This document shows positions 20,736 through 30,681 of a DNA stretch of 64,000 nucleotides, piece by piece. Each line of letters starts with the position of its first letter. The first letter of the stretch is position 1. The stretch covers positions 8,904 through 72,903 of the forward strand of contig JBEKTW010000012.1 in NCBI GenBank assembly GCA_049515655.1. Direction: 5' to 3'. The notes under the pieces are model-generated. The model searched no databases. It had not been told where the DNA came from and worked only from the letters and a program-made list of their open reading frames with translations. Made by a program: the position numbers and the translations under genes. This stretch comes from Bacteroidota bacterium. Lineage in GTDB: Bacteria > Bacteroidota > Ignavibacteria > UBA10030 > SZUA-254.

Positions 20736-21593
20736 ATGAGACCGCTGTTTCTGAGTATTTGCAGCCTGATCATTCTATGTGTGCAAACTGCGGGCTCTTC
20801 TGTCATTCTTACCGATGTGCAAACCATAACGGGGGATTCCGATGACTGTCAGCGCACAATGATATGCCCGGGCGAAGAACTGATATACGAGGTAAGTTGG
20901 TTTGGGGTCGGATTGGGGCAGATCCGGCTTCAGACCCGGGAACCAACGTGGAATGATGGAGAACGGCGCCACCATGCCACAGCGGTCATAGATTCTTACA
21001 AGGGTCTGCCGTTTGTCAGTGTGCATGCCCGGGATTACACGGAGATGGATTCGAACTTTAGTTCCCGTCGGTGTCGGTCGTTTGAAAAAAATGATGGATA
21101 CTGGCTTGGTGAGAATTATTACTACCTCATCCCTGAAAAGATCCTCGTTGTCGAAAAAACCAAACATGAAACTCTCTCTTCTCCTCCTGCAGAACGAGCG
21201 ACATATGATACGTTGCGAATCACCGACTCGTGGTTTGAGGATGGGCTTTCGCTTGTCTACTTCGCCCGTGCGAATGTCCATCGTCGAGATACTCTCCGTG
21301 CACCGACGATCGTCTACGGGAAAGTGGGCGCGACAAACTTCTACTTCACTGCTCAGAACACAACCGAAGAGATTGGCGCTCTCAAGAATCCCGTAAGAGT
21401 TATCGAGTTTGCCGGTAAAGCGGAGTTTGCCGGGATCTTCGGTCTCACCGGTGATTTCAAGGGTTGGTTCAGCGACGATGAAGCAGCGGCGCCAATCAAA
21501 GCAGAGATGAAAGTGCTCATTGGAAACATAACAATCGAGTTGATACAGTGGAAACGTCATAACTGGAATCCACCTACAGTGCTCGAACGGTAA
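20736..21593 (+). CDS. secreted hypothetical protein, DUF3108-like
   Basis: Signal peptide from the internal ATG (MRPLFLSICSLIILCVQTAG). GEELIYEVSWFGVGLGQIRLQT is reminiscent of DUF3108. The track's N-terminal extension (start 20661) was rejected. Confidence 0.45.
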   Translation: MRPLFLSICSLIILCVQTAGSSVILTDVQTITGDSDDCQRTMICPGEELIYEVSWFGVGLGQIRLQTREPTWNDGERRHHATAVIDSYKGLPFVSVHARDYTEMDSNFSSRRCRSFEKNDGYWLGENYYYLIPEKILVVEKTKHETLSSPPAERATYDTLRITDSWFEDGLSLVYFARANVHRRDTLRAPTIVYGKVGATNFYFTAQNTTEEIGALKNPVRVIEFAGKAEFAGIFGLTGDFKGWFSDDEAAAPIKAEMKVLIGNITIELIQWKRHNWNPPTVLER

Positions 21594-21626
21594 CTGCAGT
21601 CTCCTCATGAGACGAAGTATCTGTGT

Positions 21627-22541
21627 ATGTCAGCGATAGAATCAACGCTTAAATCTCGCGAAACGGAAGAGACGCTCGATATCTATTTTTATCGTCCGTG
21701 CGGCTACGTTGTTGCTCTCGCAGCCCGATGGATTGGCTTGACTCCGAACATGCTGACCGTACTTGGTGCGCTGATCGGGATAACTGCCGGACACCTTTTC
21801 TTCTATAACGATCTGACTATCAATCTTGTCGGAATTGGTCTGTTGCTCTTTGCGGAGACGATAGACAGTGCGGATGGACAGCTGGCAAGAATGACACAGA
21901 ACTTGTCGAAGCAGGGACGAATTCTTGATGGTCTCGCCGACAGTCTAAAATTCATCAGCATCTATTTACACATCTGTGCGCGTATTGTTGTGGCAACACA
22001 ATGGTGGTGGATTATTCTGATTGCTGTCCTTGCCGGAGTGAGCCATTCATTTCAAAGCGCGATTGCAGATTATTATCGAACGGCATATCTCTATTTCGTT
22101 GTGAATCCAGCGCATAACGATCACGAAAGCTCTCACAGCATTCTACAAATGTACAATACTCTTTCATGGAAAAAAGAACTCTGGACGAAGCTCTGCACGC
22201 GCTTGTATCTCAACTATACGGTTCAACAGGAATCGCTGACCCGGAGTTTTCGTGCATTGGAAGAAAAAACTGCACAACAGTTCGGCAACGATATTCCGGC
22301 GTGGTTTCGAGAAGCATTCCGGAGGAAAAATAGACCGATGATCAAATATTACAACATCTTGACGACGAATACCCGGATGATAGTGTTGATTCTCGGCATA
22401 TTTATCGATCTGCCGTGGATCTATTTTGCATTTGAATTGATCGTGCTGAATTTGCTGTTGGCTGCCGTGCTGTTCTATCAAAATATCATCAACATGTCGT
22501 TGCTAACGCTGGTGCAGACGGAACATGGAGAAACCGAATGA
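21627..22541 (+). CDS. CDP-alcohol phosphatidyltransferase family membrane protein
   Basis: Signature D-G-x2-A-R-x8-G-x3-D-x3-D is present as DSADGQLARMTQNLSKQGRILDGLADSL. Multiple TM helices. Confidence 0.7.
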   Translation: MSAIESTLKSRETEETLDIYFYRPCGYVVALAARWIGLTPNMLTVLGALIGITAGHLFFYNDLTINLVGIGLLLFAETIDSADGQLARMTQNLSKQGRILDGLADSLKFISIYLHICARIVVATQWWWIILIAVLAGVSHSFQSAIADYYRTAYLYFVVNPAHNDHESSHSILQMYNTLSWKKELWTKLCTRLYLNYTVQQESLTRSFRALEEKTAQQFGNDIPAWFREAFRRKNRPMIKYYNILTTNTRMIVLILGIFIDLPWIYFAFELIVLNLLLAAVLFYQNIINMSLLTLVQTEHGETE

Positions 22542-22607
22542 AGCATCAGGATAATAACATGTCGAGTCACACTGCTGGCATTTAGGAACTGATGGGACCC
22601 AGCCTAG

Positions 22608-22838
22608 GGAACACCTGATGCTGGTGGGCAGCGGTTCCGCCAAAGGAGAATTCACTGCTCTGAGGCAAAGGAGAAATTCTACGTGAACATAGATCGTAGG
22701 GCAAATACCTCGGCAGCATCGATTCCTATTGCCATGGTTGATGCCCGGAACGAAGGCAGACTCAAGAACGGGGATATAGTTGTACTGGCAGGTTTTGGCG
22801 CTGGATTAACATGGGGCGGTGTCGCAATGAAGTTTTGA
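22608..22838 (+). pseudogene. fabH: 3'-terminal remnant of fabH (3-oxoacyl-ACP synthase III); the 5' part is absent
   Basis: Translates to ...FYVNIDRRANTSAASIPIAMVDARNEGRLKNGDIVVLAGFGAGLTWGGVAMKF*. This matches the conserved FabH C-terminus (..DRYGNTSAASIPLAL..G.IK.GD..LL.AFGGG.TWG), with YG degraded to RA. An in-frame stop lies at 22605 immediately upstream, and nothing encodes the N-terminal 270 aa. Confidence 0.55.
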
Positions 22839-23034
22839 CTAATGTTCAGATCCCATTGATAACGAAGCCAACCTTTGCCTCGTATATTAGGCCATCCCGT
22901 CTTTGAGACCCTCGTGCGTGCGCTTGTCCCCTCCCAAGTGCAAGCATAACTCAGACCCCTGTTAGCGGCATAAGTTGGACGGTTTGTTCGTTTGGATCAG
23001 ATTAGCATCGAAACCGGCTGCATCACCCCTCCGG

Positions 23035-23120
23035 CGCCCCTACCACCTACGACCTATCACCTGTAACCTACTACCCACACCCTATCACCCACAACCTACC
23101 TCCTGCCACCACTTCGCCGG
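23035..23120. repeat. strand-asymmetric C/A/T-rich degenerate tandem repeat (CCTAYCACC-like units)
   Basis: The stretch cctaccacctacgacctatcacctgtaacctactacccacaccctatcacccacaacctacctcctgccacc has almost no G on the top strand, so the complement is G-run rich. Confidence 0.4.
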
Positions 23121-23178
23121 GAACATTCCCTCCTTTCGAAGAGTAAAAGGAGTAAGCAAGTGACATTATGCAAAGGAT

Positions 23179-23325
23179 GTTCGATGTCCAAAATCCGAAG
23201 CACAAAATTCGAAATCATAAACAAAACCTAAGCTCGAAACCCTAAATTCAAAAAAGGCGGAATTGGGTATTTGGACATTCGGATTTAGGATTTGTTTAGA
23301 GTTTAGTTATTCGGATTTCGGATTT
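23179..23325. repeat. A-tract-phased repeat element (modules X and Y, AAATCCGAA / TTCGGATTT motifs), copy A
   Basis: Module X at 23179-23250 (gttcgatgtccaaaatccgaagcacaaaattcgaaatc...). Inverted module Y at 23277-23325 (attcggatttaggatttgtttagag...). X is homologous to the reverse complement of 31253-31327. Confidence 0.5.
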
Positions 23326-23428
23326 ACTTAAGTTTCACGTATTCGTATGTGGAATTTTTCACTAAAAACTATACCTCTGCGTAAGATCACTAAATGACTT
23401 TCATTCACTCTATCGAAAGGGTCCCGCG

Positions 23429-24775
23429 ATGAAATACTACCCGTTGTACGTACTGGTTGCAGCGTGCCTGTTTCTTTTCAACGAAACGGGCAGGGCAATG
23501 TCGTTTCCCCCAGGCGGTGTCATCACGCTCAACGGAACATTGAATACGGGCTGCATTCCCCATAACGGCGGAACAGTCTACCTGCAGATTGAGCTCGATG
23601 CCCGAAACTTTCCGATGACTGCCGTTTGCCGCCACCCGATGAATATTGCCGTCGTTCTTGACCGCAGCGGTTCCATGGCGGATGCGCGGAAGATCGACTA
23701 TGCGAAAAAAGCGATCAATTCCCTTGTCGACGGTCTCTCGAGTGAAGATTACCTCTCGATCGTCATTTATGACGACCGGATCGATGTTCTTCTGCCGGCG
23801 CAGAGAGTTGTGAACAAGGAACGGATTAAGCGCATGGTCCGGGAAATCTATCCCCGCGGCTCGACGAATCTGGGCGGAGGAATGGTGGAAGGATTCCAAC
23901 AGATCGAAAGGAACTTCAGGAATGATTTCGTCAACCGGGTCATCCTGCTTTCTGACGGCCTCGCCAACACCGGCATCACCGACCCGCGGGAGCTCGACCG
24001 CATCGCCAGGACGTATCGCGATAGATCAATATCCCTGACCACGATGGGTGTCGGGTTGGAGTACAACGAAAATCTCATGCTCGGTCTCGCCGAGAACGGG
24101 GGCGGCAACTACTACTTCCTCGAGAGCCCGCACCAGATGGCGTCGATCTTCGAGCGCGAGCTCAACGGCATCGCCCTCGTCGTCGCGCAGAACGCGCACA
24201 TCGAGCTCACTCTCGCCGACCGTGTGACGTTGAATGATGCGGTCGGATGTGAATGGACCCATGAAGGGAATTCATGGATTCTTCCGGTCGGAGATCTCTA
24301 CGCGAACGCCCGCCGCGAGTTCACCGTCGAGTTGAGCTTACCTGAAGGAAGCGGGACGCGCCGTATCACAACCGGTGTCCTGAGGTACAGGGAGAAGAAC
24401 GGGTGGTTTGAGAACTATCCCCGGTTCTCCGTGGATATCCGTTACACTGACAACGCAGCGGAGCTCGAGAAGGGCAAGAACTGGGACACTCAGGCAAAGG
24501 TTGATGTGGCTCTTTCGACGCGCACGGTTGAGCGGGCGATGCAGGCACTCGACACGGGCCGCCGTGACGAGGCCTGCAAACAGTTGGAGGATGCGAAGGC
24601 GAAGCTGCTCTCCTCCCCCGCCATGCTGAACAGCGCCGCGGGTGCGCCGGCGATGAACGATCAAATCAAGCAGCTCGAGGAATATTCCCGGGATATCACA
24701 AGCGCCGCAGGCGACCTTCGCCGGGCCAAGAAGTCCATCCAGTACAACAACCACAAAATGCAGAAAAGCAAGTGA
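23429..24775 (+). CDS. secreted von Willebrand factor A (VWA) domain protein
   Basis: Signal peptide. MIDAS motif DRSGSM...S...T with a VWA fold (IAVVLDRSGSMADARKIDYAKKAI..LSDGLANTG). C-terminal coiled-coil region. Confidence 0.85.
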   Translation: MKYYPLYVLVAACLFLFNETGRAMSFPPGGVITLNGTLNTGCIPHNGGTVYLQIELDARNFPMTAVCRHPMNIAVVLDRSGSMADARKIDYAKKAINSLVDGLSSEDYLSIVIYDDRIDVLLPAQRVVNKERIKRMVREIYPRGSTNLGGGMVEGFQQIERNFRNDFVNRVILLSDGLANTGITDPRELDRIARTYRDRSISLTTMGVGLEYNENLMLGLAENGGGNYYFLESPHQMASIFERELNGIALVVAQNAHIELTLADRVTLNDAVGCEWTHEGNSWILPVGDLYANARREFTVELSLPEGSGTRRITTGVLRYREKNGWFENYPRFSVDIRYTDNAAELEKGKNWDTQAKVDVALSTRTVERAMQALDTGRRDEACKQLEDAKAKLLSSPAMLNSAAGAPAMNDQIKQLEEYSRDITSAAGDLRRAKKSIQYNNHKMQKSK

Positions 24776-25014
24776 TTCTCGACGGATGCCGCGCGCGACG
24801 GACTGCGCGCGGCATCTTTTTCTTGCCTTCCGTTCAAATTTTCTGTACATTCATACCCATGTGTCAATAACAGCGAAGTTCTTTAAGAGCATTCTACCAC
24901 AGCCAGGAAGTTGACAATCAGAACACCTATGCCTCTCGTGAGCAAAACCCGGCTGCAGGAAACCACCCGACCACTCAGTACGTCTCCCCCAATTGCCGAC
25001 CTTTTCATCAAGAA

Positions 25015-25614
25015 ATGAAAACCACCAGTGGCAGCACGGTAGTGTATCGGCGGAGGTTAATCCGGGAAAAAGTCCTCCAGGTGCTGTATGCCTACGAGAT
25101 TTCCAAGGAACCCCTTATCTTTGTCGAGGAACAACAACTCGACGAACTGAAAACGCACCGGAGCGAATTCGAGTTCGCGAAAGATCTAATCAGCCATGTC
25201 GTCCAGCACGAAGCGGAATTAGATGCGATCATCAAATCGAAAGCCTTCCACTGGGAATTCGACCGCATCGCGGTCATCGACAAGATCCTCCTTCGCATGG
25301 GAATCTGTGAGCTGATCCATTTCCCCGATATTCCACCCAAGGTGACGATCAACGAAGCAATTGAGATAGCCAAAGAATACAGCACCACAAAGAGCGGCCC
25401 ATTCGTCAACGGCATCCTCGATGCCATTCACAACGAACTGAAAAACAGCAGTTCCCTGCACAAGACGGGCCGCGGGCTTCTCACAAAGAGCCTCTCACCC
25501 GGACCGCCACGCGCCGTTCATCAGCCGGCGCCAGCGGCCAGGAGAGCCACCGTATCAAGGAAACCCAGCTTGAAGAAAAAACATCTGCGCGTCAAGTTTC
25601 GAAAAGGCATCTGA
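25015..25614 (+). CDS. nusB: transcription antitermination factor NusB with an unusual approximately 55-aa basic C-terminal extension
   Basis: NusB core (RRRLIREKVLQVLYAYEIS ... DRIAVIDKILLRMGICEL ... INEAIEIAKEY) followed by ...PAARRATVSRKPSLKKKHLRVKFRKGI. Confidence 0.8.
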   Translation: MKTTSGSTVVYRRRLIREKVLQVLYAYEISKEPLIFVEEQQLDELKTHRSEFEFAKDLISHVVQHEAELDAIIKSKAFHWEFDRIAVIDKILLRMGICELIHFPDIPPKVTINEAIEIAKEYSTTKSGPFVNGILDAIHNELKNSSSLHKTGRGLLTKSLSPGPPRAVHQPAPAARRATVSRKPSLKKKHLRVKFRKGI

Positions 25615-26882
25615 TGACGGCGGGGGCGACGGGAACAGGCAAGCTTCAGATTTTCTCCTGGACTCTCTTCGATTTCGCTCGAACTGCGTTCTCCGTTATG
25701 ATCAAGACCGTCGGGTACGCGCTGTACTTCCGCGCGATTGTAACGTTGAACTCGCCAAACGGAGACCTCTACTGGGGAATCTCCGACAGCATATCCATGT
25801 TTGCCGCAGCAGTCCTCTCACCGGTTCTTGGAGCTGCCAGCGATTATGCACAGGGAAGAAAGCGGTTCCTGCTCGGCTTCACGCTTCTGTGCGTCGTCTT
25901 CACTGCGCTTCTCGTGACCGTCCGTCCCGGAATGATCTTCCTGGGGATGCTTTTCTTTATTTTCGCCAACATCGGATTCGAAGGCGGATACGCATTCTAT
26001 GACGCGTTCCTTCCCCGAATTACCACCGAAAAAAATTACGGCAGAGTTTCCGGGTACGGATTCGCAATGGGATATCTCGGCGCATTGACAATCCTCGCTC
26101 TTTCATTTCCACTCATCAAAGGTGGATTTGAGCCGTCCAATATATTCAACTTCAGGCTGAGCTTTGGTTTTGCCGCTGTTTTCTTCCTCGTCTTCTCGCT
26201 CCCGCTCTTCTTCATTCTCAAGGAACAACGCGTCCGTCTGGCGGGAAAGATACCCTACATCAGGCTCGGTTTTCGCCGGGCCCTCAAGACGCTCAAACAC
26301 ATCCGTTCCTATCGCAACATCGCCTGGTTCCTGCTGGCGTTCTTTCTCTACATCGACGCCGTGAATACCGTCATCTTTTTCGCGGCCATCTTCGCGCAGG
26401 TGACCCTGCACTTCACCGAAGTCGAGGTCATCATGTTCTTTCTCGTGACGCAGACGACCGCGATCCTGGGAGCAGTATTATTCGGCATCCTCGCCGACTA
26501 TATCGGTCCGAAGAAAACGATCAGCATCACGCTCATCATGTGGATTTGCGTGGTCATCGGTGCGTTCTTCGTTGAGTCAAAAATCGCCTTCTACGGCGTC
26601 GGATTACTCGCCGGTTTGTCAATAGGGTCGTCCCAATCTTCAAGCAGGAGTCTTATGGCGAAGCTGACGCCACCCGAGCACGCGGGGGAATTCTTCGGCT
26701 TCTATGACGGGATCTGCGGAAATGCTTCCGCAATTCTCGGTCCCTCGATCTTCGGATTGATCTCTGCGGCCACCGGCAGTCAGCGACTCGCAGTTCTCTC
26801 CATCGGCTTCTTCTTTATTACCGGGCTCTCTCTTCTGCAAAAGGTGAGGGAAGAACCCCCGGGCGCCGTGCTCCCTACGTGA
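25614..26882 (+). CDS. MFS transporter
   Basis: 422 aa, about 12 TM helices, MFS-like loop motifs. The start overlaps the nusB stop (ATGA). Confidence 0.8.
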   Translation: MTAGATGTGKLQIFSWTLFDFARTAFSVMIKTVGYALYFRAIVTLNSPNGDLYWGISDSISMFAAAVLSPVLGAASDYAQGRKRFLLGFTLLCVVFTALLVTVRPGMIFLGMLFFIFANIGFEGGYAFYDAFLPRITTEKNYGRVSGYGFAMGYLGALTILALSFPLIKGGFEPSNIFNFRLSFGFAAVFFLVFSLPLFFILKEQRVRLAGKIPYIRLGFRRALKTLKHIRSYRNIAWFLLAFFLYIDAVNTVIFFAAIFAQVTLHFTEVEVIMFFLVTQTTAILGAVLFGILADYIGPKKTISITLIMWICVVIGAFFVESKIAFYGVGLLAGLSIGSSQSSSRSLMAKLTPPEHAGEFFGFYDGICGNASAILGPSIFGLISAATGSQRLAVLSIGFFFITGLSLLQKVREEPPGAVLPT

Positions 26883-27229
26883 TGAAGAAACGTTCAGCCG
26901 CGGAATTTTGTTTAGTGAAGGAAACCCGGGGGTGGTGTCTCAGTTTGAAGTCGCTATGTCCACGTTCGACCCCCTCTTGTATTGAGGCTGTCCAGAAAGT
27001 CCCGGCGTCATGCTGAAGTGCTTTTGTTCAGCATCCATTCTGCGCGTGCCGAGTTCAGATTCCGAACAGAAGCATTTCGGAATGACGGATTGGCCTATTT
27101 CTTGGACAGCCTCGACGGAAGGTGGGGTGTGGGCGCAGCTCTGCGAAATAGGAATGATACACTACCAGCGGGGCCTGTGGTTTGCCTTTTTCTTGATTTC
27201 TTCGTAATTATGACCCTGAAGGATACTTT

Positions 27230-27673
27230 ATGAAATGCATTTTAGCTCTGTTTGCCTCCCTTGCCCTGTTGACCGGCAGCGCTTCTGCGTTCGGCGAGAA
27301 GCCGGACGAAAACGCCTCGGTCAGGTGCGAGGTCAGCATGAAACAAAAATCGATCAAAGCCGGGGCAACGGGTCAGATCCTTGTTTCGTTGCAGCCGAAG
27401 AAAGGAATCCACATCAATCTCGACCAGCCGATCCAGATAAGAATGGATAGCGCGGAAGTCATCGCTTCCGTCGGCAAACCGGAGATCCCCGTGATCGATA
27501 CATCGTATGACGCATCCAAACCCATCCGGCTGCGCGTCACCATCTCCAAAAACGCAAAACCGGGGAAATTCAGTCTCCGCGGGACGGTGATTTATTTCTA
27601 TTGCTCGGACACGGAGGGCTGGTGCAGCAGATTCAAGCAGCCGATTGACGTTCAATGCACGGTAACTAAGTAG
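27230..27673 (+). CDS. small secreted protein, possibly DsbD-alpha (N-terminal domain)-like
   Basis: Signal peptide. A C-x5-C pair inside FYCSDTEGWCSRF resembles the DsbD-alpha catalytic CysX5Cys. This assignment is tentative. Confidence 0.4.
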   Translation: MKCILALFASLALLTGSASAFGEKPDENASVRCEVSMKQKSIKAGATGQILVSLQPKKGIHINLDQPIQIRMDSAEVIASVGKPEIPVIDTSYDASKPIRLRVTISKNAKPGKFSLRGTVIYFYCSDTEGWCSRFKQPIDVQCTVTK

Positions 27674-27679
27674 CCGTTC

Positions 27680-28405
27680 ATGTCCAAGGTATATTTCATT
27701 TCCGATGCTCATCTGGGCCTCGGCCCGGAGGAAGAAGAACGGGGAAAAGAACGCCGCATCATAGCTTTTTTGGATTCCATCGCGAACGATGCAAACCAGC
27801 TCTTCATCGTCGGCGACCTCTTCGACGCCTGGTTTGAGTACCGGACGGTCATGCCAAAGGGGTATCACCGCCTGCTCACAAAACTCGAAGATCTGGTCCT
27901 CCGAGACATCAAGGTGCACTACCTCGTCGGCAATCACGATTTCTGGATCCGGAATTACTTTCATGACAGGCTGGGTATGACAGTCTACCGGCATGCATTC
28001 GAGACAACAATCGACGGCAAGAGATTTTTCATCCATCACGGCGATGGCCTGGCCAACAACGACACGGGATACAAGATACTCAAGAAGATTTTACGGAACC
28101 CTCTCGCCATGTGGCTGTACTCGTGGGTTCACCCCGACATCGGTGTCGCACTTGCCGGGTTCTCGTCAAAGAAGAGCCGGCAGTACACCGCCGAGAAGCA
28201 CTACGGGGAGGAGGACGGCATGGTGAAATTCGCCGCTGAAAAAATCAGACAGGGAATCGACGTCGTCATCATGGGCCATCGGCATCAGCCGGTAGTAAAA
28301 GAGATGGGGAAAGGACTGTACGTCAATCTCGGCGATTGGATTGAGCATAACACGTATGCTGAGGCAGCCAACGGCGTGGTGAGTCTCAAAACCTGGAAGC
28401 CATGA
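27680..28405 (+). CDS. lpxH: UDP-2,3-diacylglucosamine diphosphatase (LpxH-family calcineurin-like metallophosphoesterase)
   Basis: Motifs ISDAHLG, GDLFDAW, GNHDFW, HHGDG and GHRHQP lie in the order and spacing typical of LpxH. Confidence 0.7.
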   Translation: MSKVYFISDAHLGLGPEEEERGKERRIIAFLDSIANDANQLFIVGDLFDAWFEYRTVMPKGYHRLLTKLEDLVLRDIKVHYLVGNHDFWIRNYFHDRLGMTVYRHAFETTIDGKRFFIHHGDGLANNDTGYKILKKILRNPLAMWLYSWVHPDIGVALAGFSSKKSRQYTAEKHYGEEDGMVKFAAEKIRQGIDVVIMGHRHQPVVKEMGKGLYVNLGDWIEHNTYAEAANGVVSLKTWKP

Positions 28406-30633
28406 AGGCATTTACTTCAAAACCTAATTCCCTGAGGAATCGACGCAACGCGTATATTGCCGGAAGCATTATCGGAGCTCTCCTGCTGGTCGCGTATGGC
28501 ATTTACATCATGTCGGGCCTGCCTTCGCTCGAGCAGCTTGAGAATCCAAAATCGGAGCTTGCCACAAAAATTTATTCGACCGACGGAGAAGTTCTCGATC
28601 AGTTTTTCATCAAGAACCGGACACAGGTAACCCTCTCCGAACTGCCGCCCTATCTCGTCAACGCACTTATAGCGACGGAAGACAAGGATTTCTATCAGCA
28701 CTGGGGTGTGGACCTGCCGCGCATCGCCAGGGCGATGGTCAAAAATATCTTTACGCTCCGGCTGCGCGAAGGTGCAAGCACGATCACACAGCAACTTGCG
28801 CGCAATCTCTACGGCTTCAAAGGGGTCCACGAGTTGTTGCCGGCAAAGATCACGCGAAAAATCCGTGAGTTTATCACCGCGGTGCAGATCGAGCGCAACT
28901 ATACAAAAGAAGAGATTCTTGAGATGTACTTGAACGTCGCGTACTTCGGCAGGAGCGCCTACGGAATCGCCGCGGCTTCGCAAATCTATTTTGGCAAGAA
29001 TCCTTCAAACTTGACTCTGGGTGAAACAGCCATTCTCATTGCGATGTTAAAAGGCCCGGGAATCTACGACCCGTTCAAGCATCGTGAGGCCGCGCTCAAC
29101 CGGCGCAACACCGTCCTGAGCCAGATGACAAAATACGGTTACATTACGGAGGCAGAAGAAAAGGCCGCCAGACAGGAGCACTTGAGCCTCCGGCCGATCA
29201 ACGAACAACAGGCTGGCGGGATAGCGCCGCATTTCGTGGAGTGGATACGGCAGCAGCTTATCCAGAAAGCGGAAAAATATGGTTTCGATATCTATCGTGA
29301 CGGCCTGTCAGTGTACACGACGCTCGATAGTCGAATGCAGCGCTACGCGAACCGTGCCGCCAGAGAACACCTTGCCGACTACCAGAAGTCATTCAACGAA
29401 ACGTGGCAGTGGAAAGACCATCCCTCCGAATTAAGCAGAGCCGTGTCTCAGGCAATCTGGACATCCGATGCGTATCGCCAGGCGGAACCTCAGAAGCGCG
29501 ACAGCATCTACCGGGCACTTAGAAAGAACAGGGCTTTCGTCGATTCCGTGAGCAAGGACGCGAAGCATATCGAGGTCGGTTTCGTTGCGGTCGACCATCG
29601 AACCGGGTACATTCTCGCCATGGTGGGCGGATCTCCGTTCGAGAATTTCAAGTACGGATTGAATCACACGACGCAGATTCGCCGACAGCCCGGTTCCGCG
29701 TTCAAGCCGTTCGTGTACACCGTGGCCATCGACAACGGCTATCCCCCCTGCTACGAATTGCTGAACCAGCCTGTGACCATTATAATGGCAAATGGGCAAC
29801 GCTGGGCCCCGTCGAATTTTGACGGAAGGTTCGGGGGCAAGTTCACTCTCCGTGAAGGGATCAAACATTCCATCAACCTCATCGCCATCAGGGCAATCAT
29901 GGAAATCGCGCCCGTTGGCCAGGTCGTCAGCTATGCGCATCGCATGGGGATAAAATCCGACATTCCTCCGTATGAGTCGATCGCGATAGGAACTGCTGAA
30001 GTGCAGCCCCTGGAGATCACGGCCGCCTACGGCGTGTTCGCGAACGACGGCGTCTACGTTGAACCCATTTCTATTGTGAGAATTGAAGACAAGAATGGGA
30101 ATGTGATCGAAGATACCAAAGCGGATAAGCGTGAGGTGTTGAGCCCGGAAACGGCCTACCTGCTTACCAGCATGATGGAAGACAATGTCAACGGAGGAAC
30201 AGGCGGCCGCGTGAGGCTGTACTTTCACCTGCCAGCCGCAGGCAAAACCGGAACGACGCAGGAATTCGCCGACGCGTGGTTTATCGGGTTCACGCCGCAC
30301 ATCACTGCCGGCGTATGGGTGGGGTTCGACAACAAAACTGTACATTTTACAAACATCGACGGACAAGGCGGACACGCAGCTGCGCCCATCTGGGCCCGTT
30401 TCATGCAGTACGTCTATGATGACCCGGAAATCGGAATGCCCCTGGATTATTTCAATCAACCGGAAGGGGTCGAGCGGGACACGATTTGCTCCGAGACAAA
30501 AAAATTAGCAACTCCGTTCTGTCCCGAGCGGATGGAGGAAGTCTTCAACAAGAAATACCGGCCGCCTGCGTGCGACAAGCACACGAGCGCGCATTGGAAG
30601 GAAGAAGAGACTAAACCAACGACACGATTTTAA
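28402..30633 (+). CDS. mrcA: class A penicillin-binding protein 1A (bifunctional transglycosylase/transpeptidase)
   Basis: GT51 motifs (EDKDFYQHWGVD, RLREGASTITQQLARN). Transpeptidase motifs SAFKP (SxxK), KHSIN and AGKTGTT (KTG). N-terminal TM anchor. Confidence 0.9.
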   Translation: MKAFTSKPNSLRNRRNAYIAGSIIGALLLVAYGIYIMSGLPSLEQLENPKSELATKIYSTDGEVLDQFFIKNRTQVTLSELPPYLVNALIATEDKDFYQHWGVDLPRIARAMVKNIFTLRLREGASTITQQLARNLYGFKGVHELLPAKITRKIREFITAVQIERNYTKEEILEMYLNVAYFGRSAYGIAAASQIYFGKNPSNLTLGETAILIAMLKGPGIYDPFKHREAALNRRNTVLSQMTKYGYITEAEEKAARQEHLSLRPINEQQAGGIAPHFVEWIRQQLIQKAEKYGFDIYRDGLSVYTTLDSRMQRYANRAAREHLADYQKSFNETWQWKDHPSELSRAVSQAIWTSDAYRQAEPQKRDSIYRALRKNRAFVDSVSKDAKHIEVGFVAVDHRTGYILAMVGGSPFENFKYGLNHTTQIRRQPGSAFKPFVYTVAIDNGYPPCYELLNQPVTIIMANGQRWAPSNFDGRFGGKFTLREGIKHSINLIAIRAIMEIAPVGQVVSYAHRMGIKSDIPPYESIAIGTAEVQPLEITAAYGVFANDGVYVEPISIVRIEDKNGNVIEDTKADKREVLSPETAYLLTSMMEDNVNGGTGGRVRLYFHLPAAGKTGTTQEFADAWFIGFTPHITAGVWVGFDNKTVHFTNIDGQGGHAAAPIWARFMQYVYDDPEIGMPLDYFNQPEGVERDTICSETKKLATPFCPERMEEVFNKKYRPPACDKHTSAHWKEEETKPTTRF

Positions 30634-30681
30634 GAGATTGGAAAACCAGCGGCAGAAAAGCTCTACAGCAGCAACCACAAT

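Noticed and set aside
22839-23034. Small structured ncRNA (tmRNA, SRP RNA, RNase P, 6S) in the 880-bp non-coding stretch after the fabH remnant.
   Set aside because: No recognisable conserved cores (e.g. no SRP GGAA tetraloop helix-8 context, no tmRNA tag reading frame). Left unannotated.
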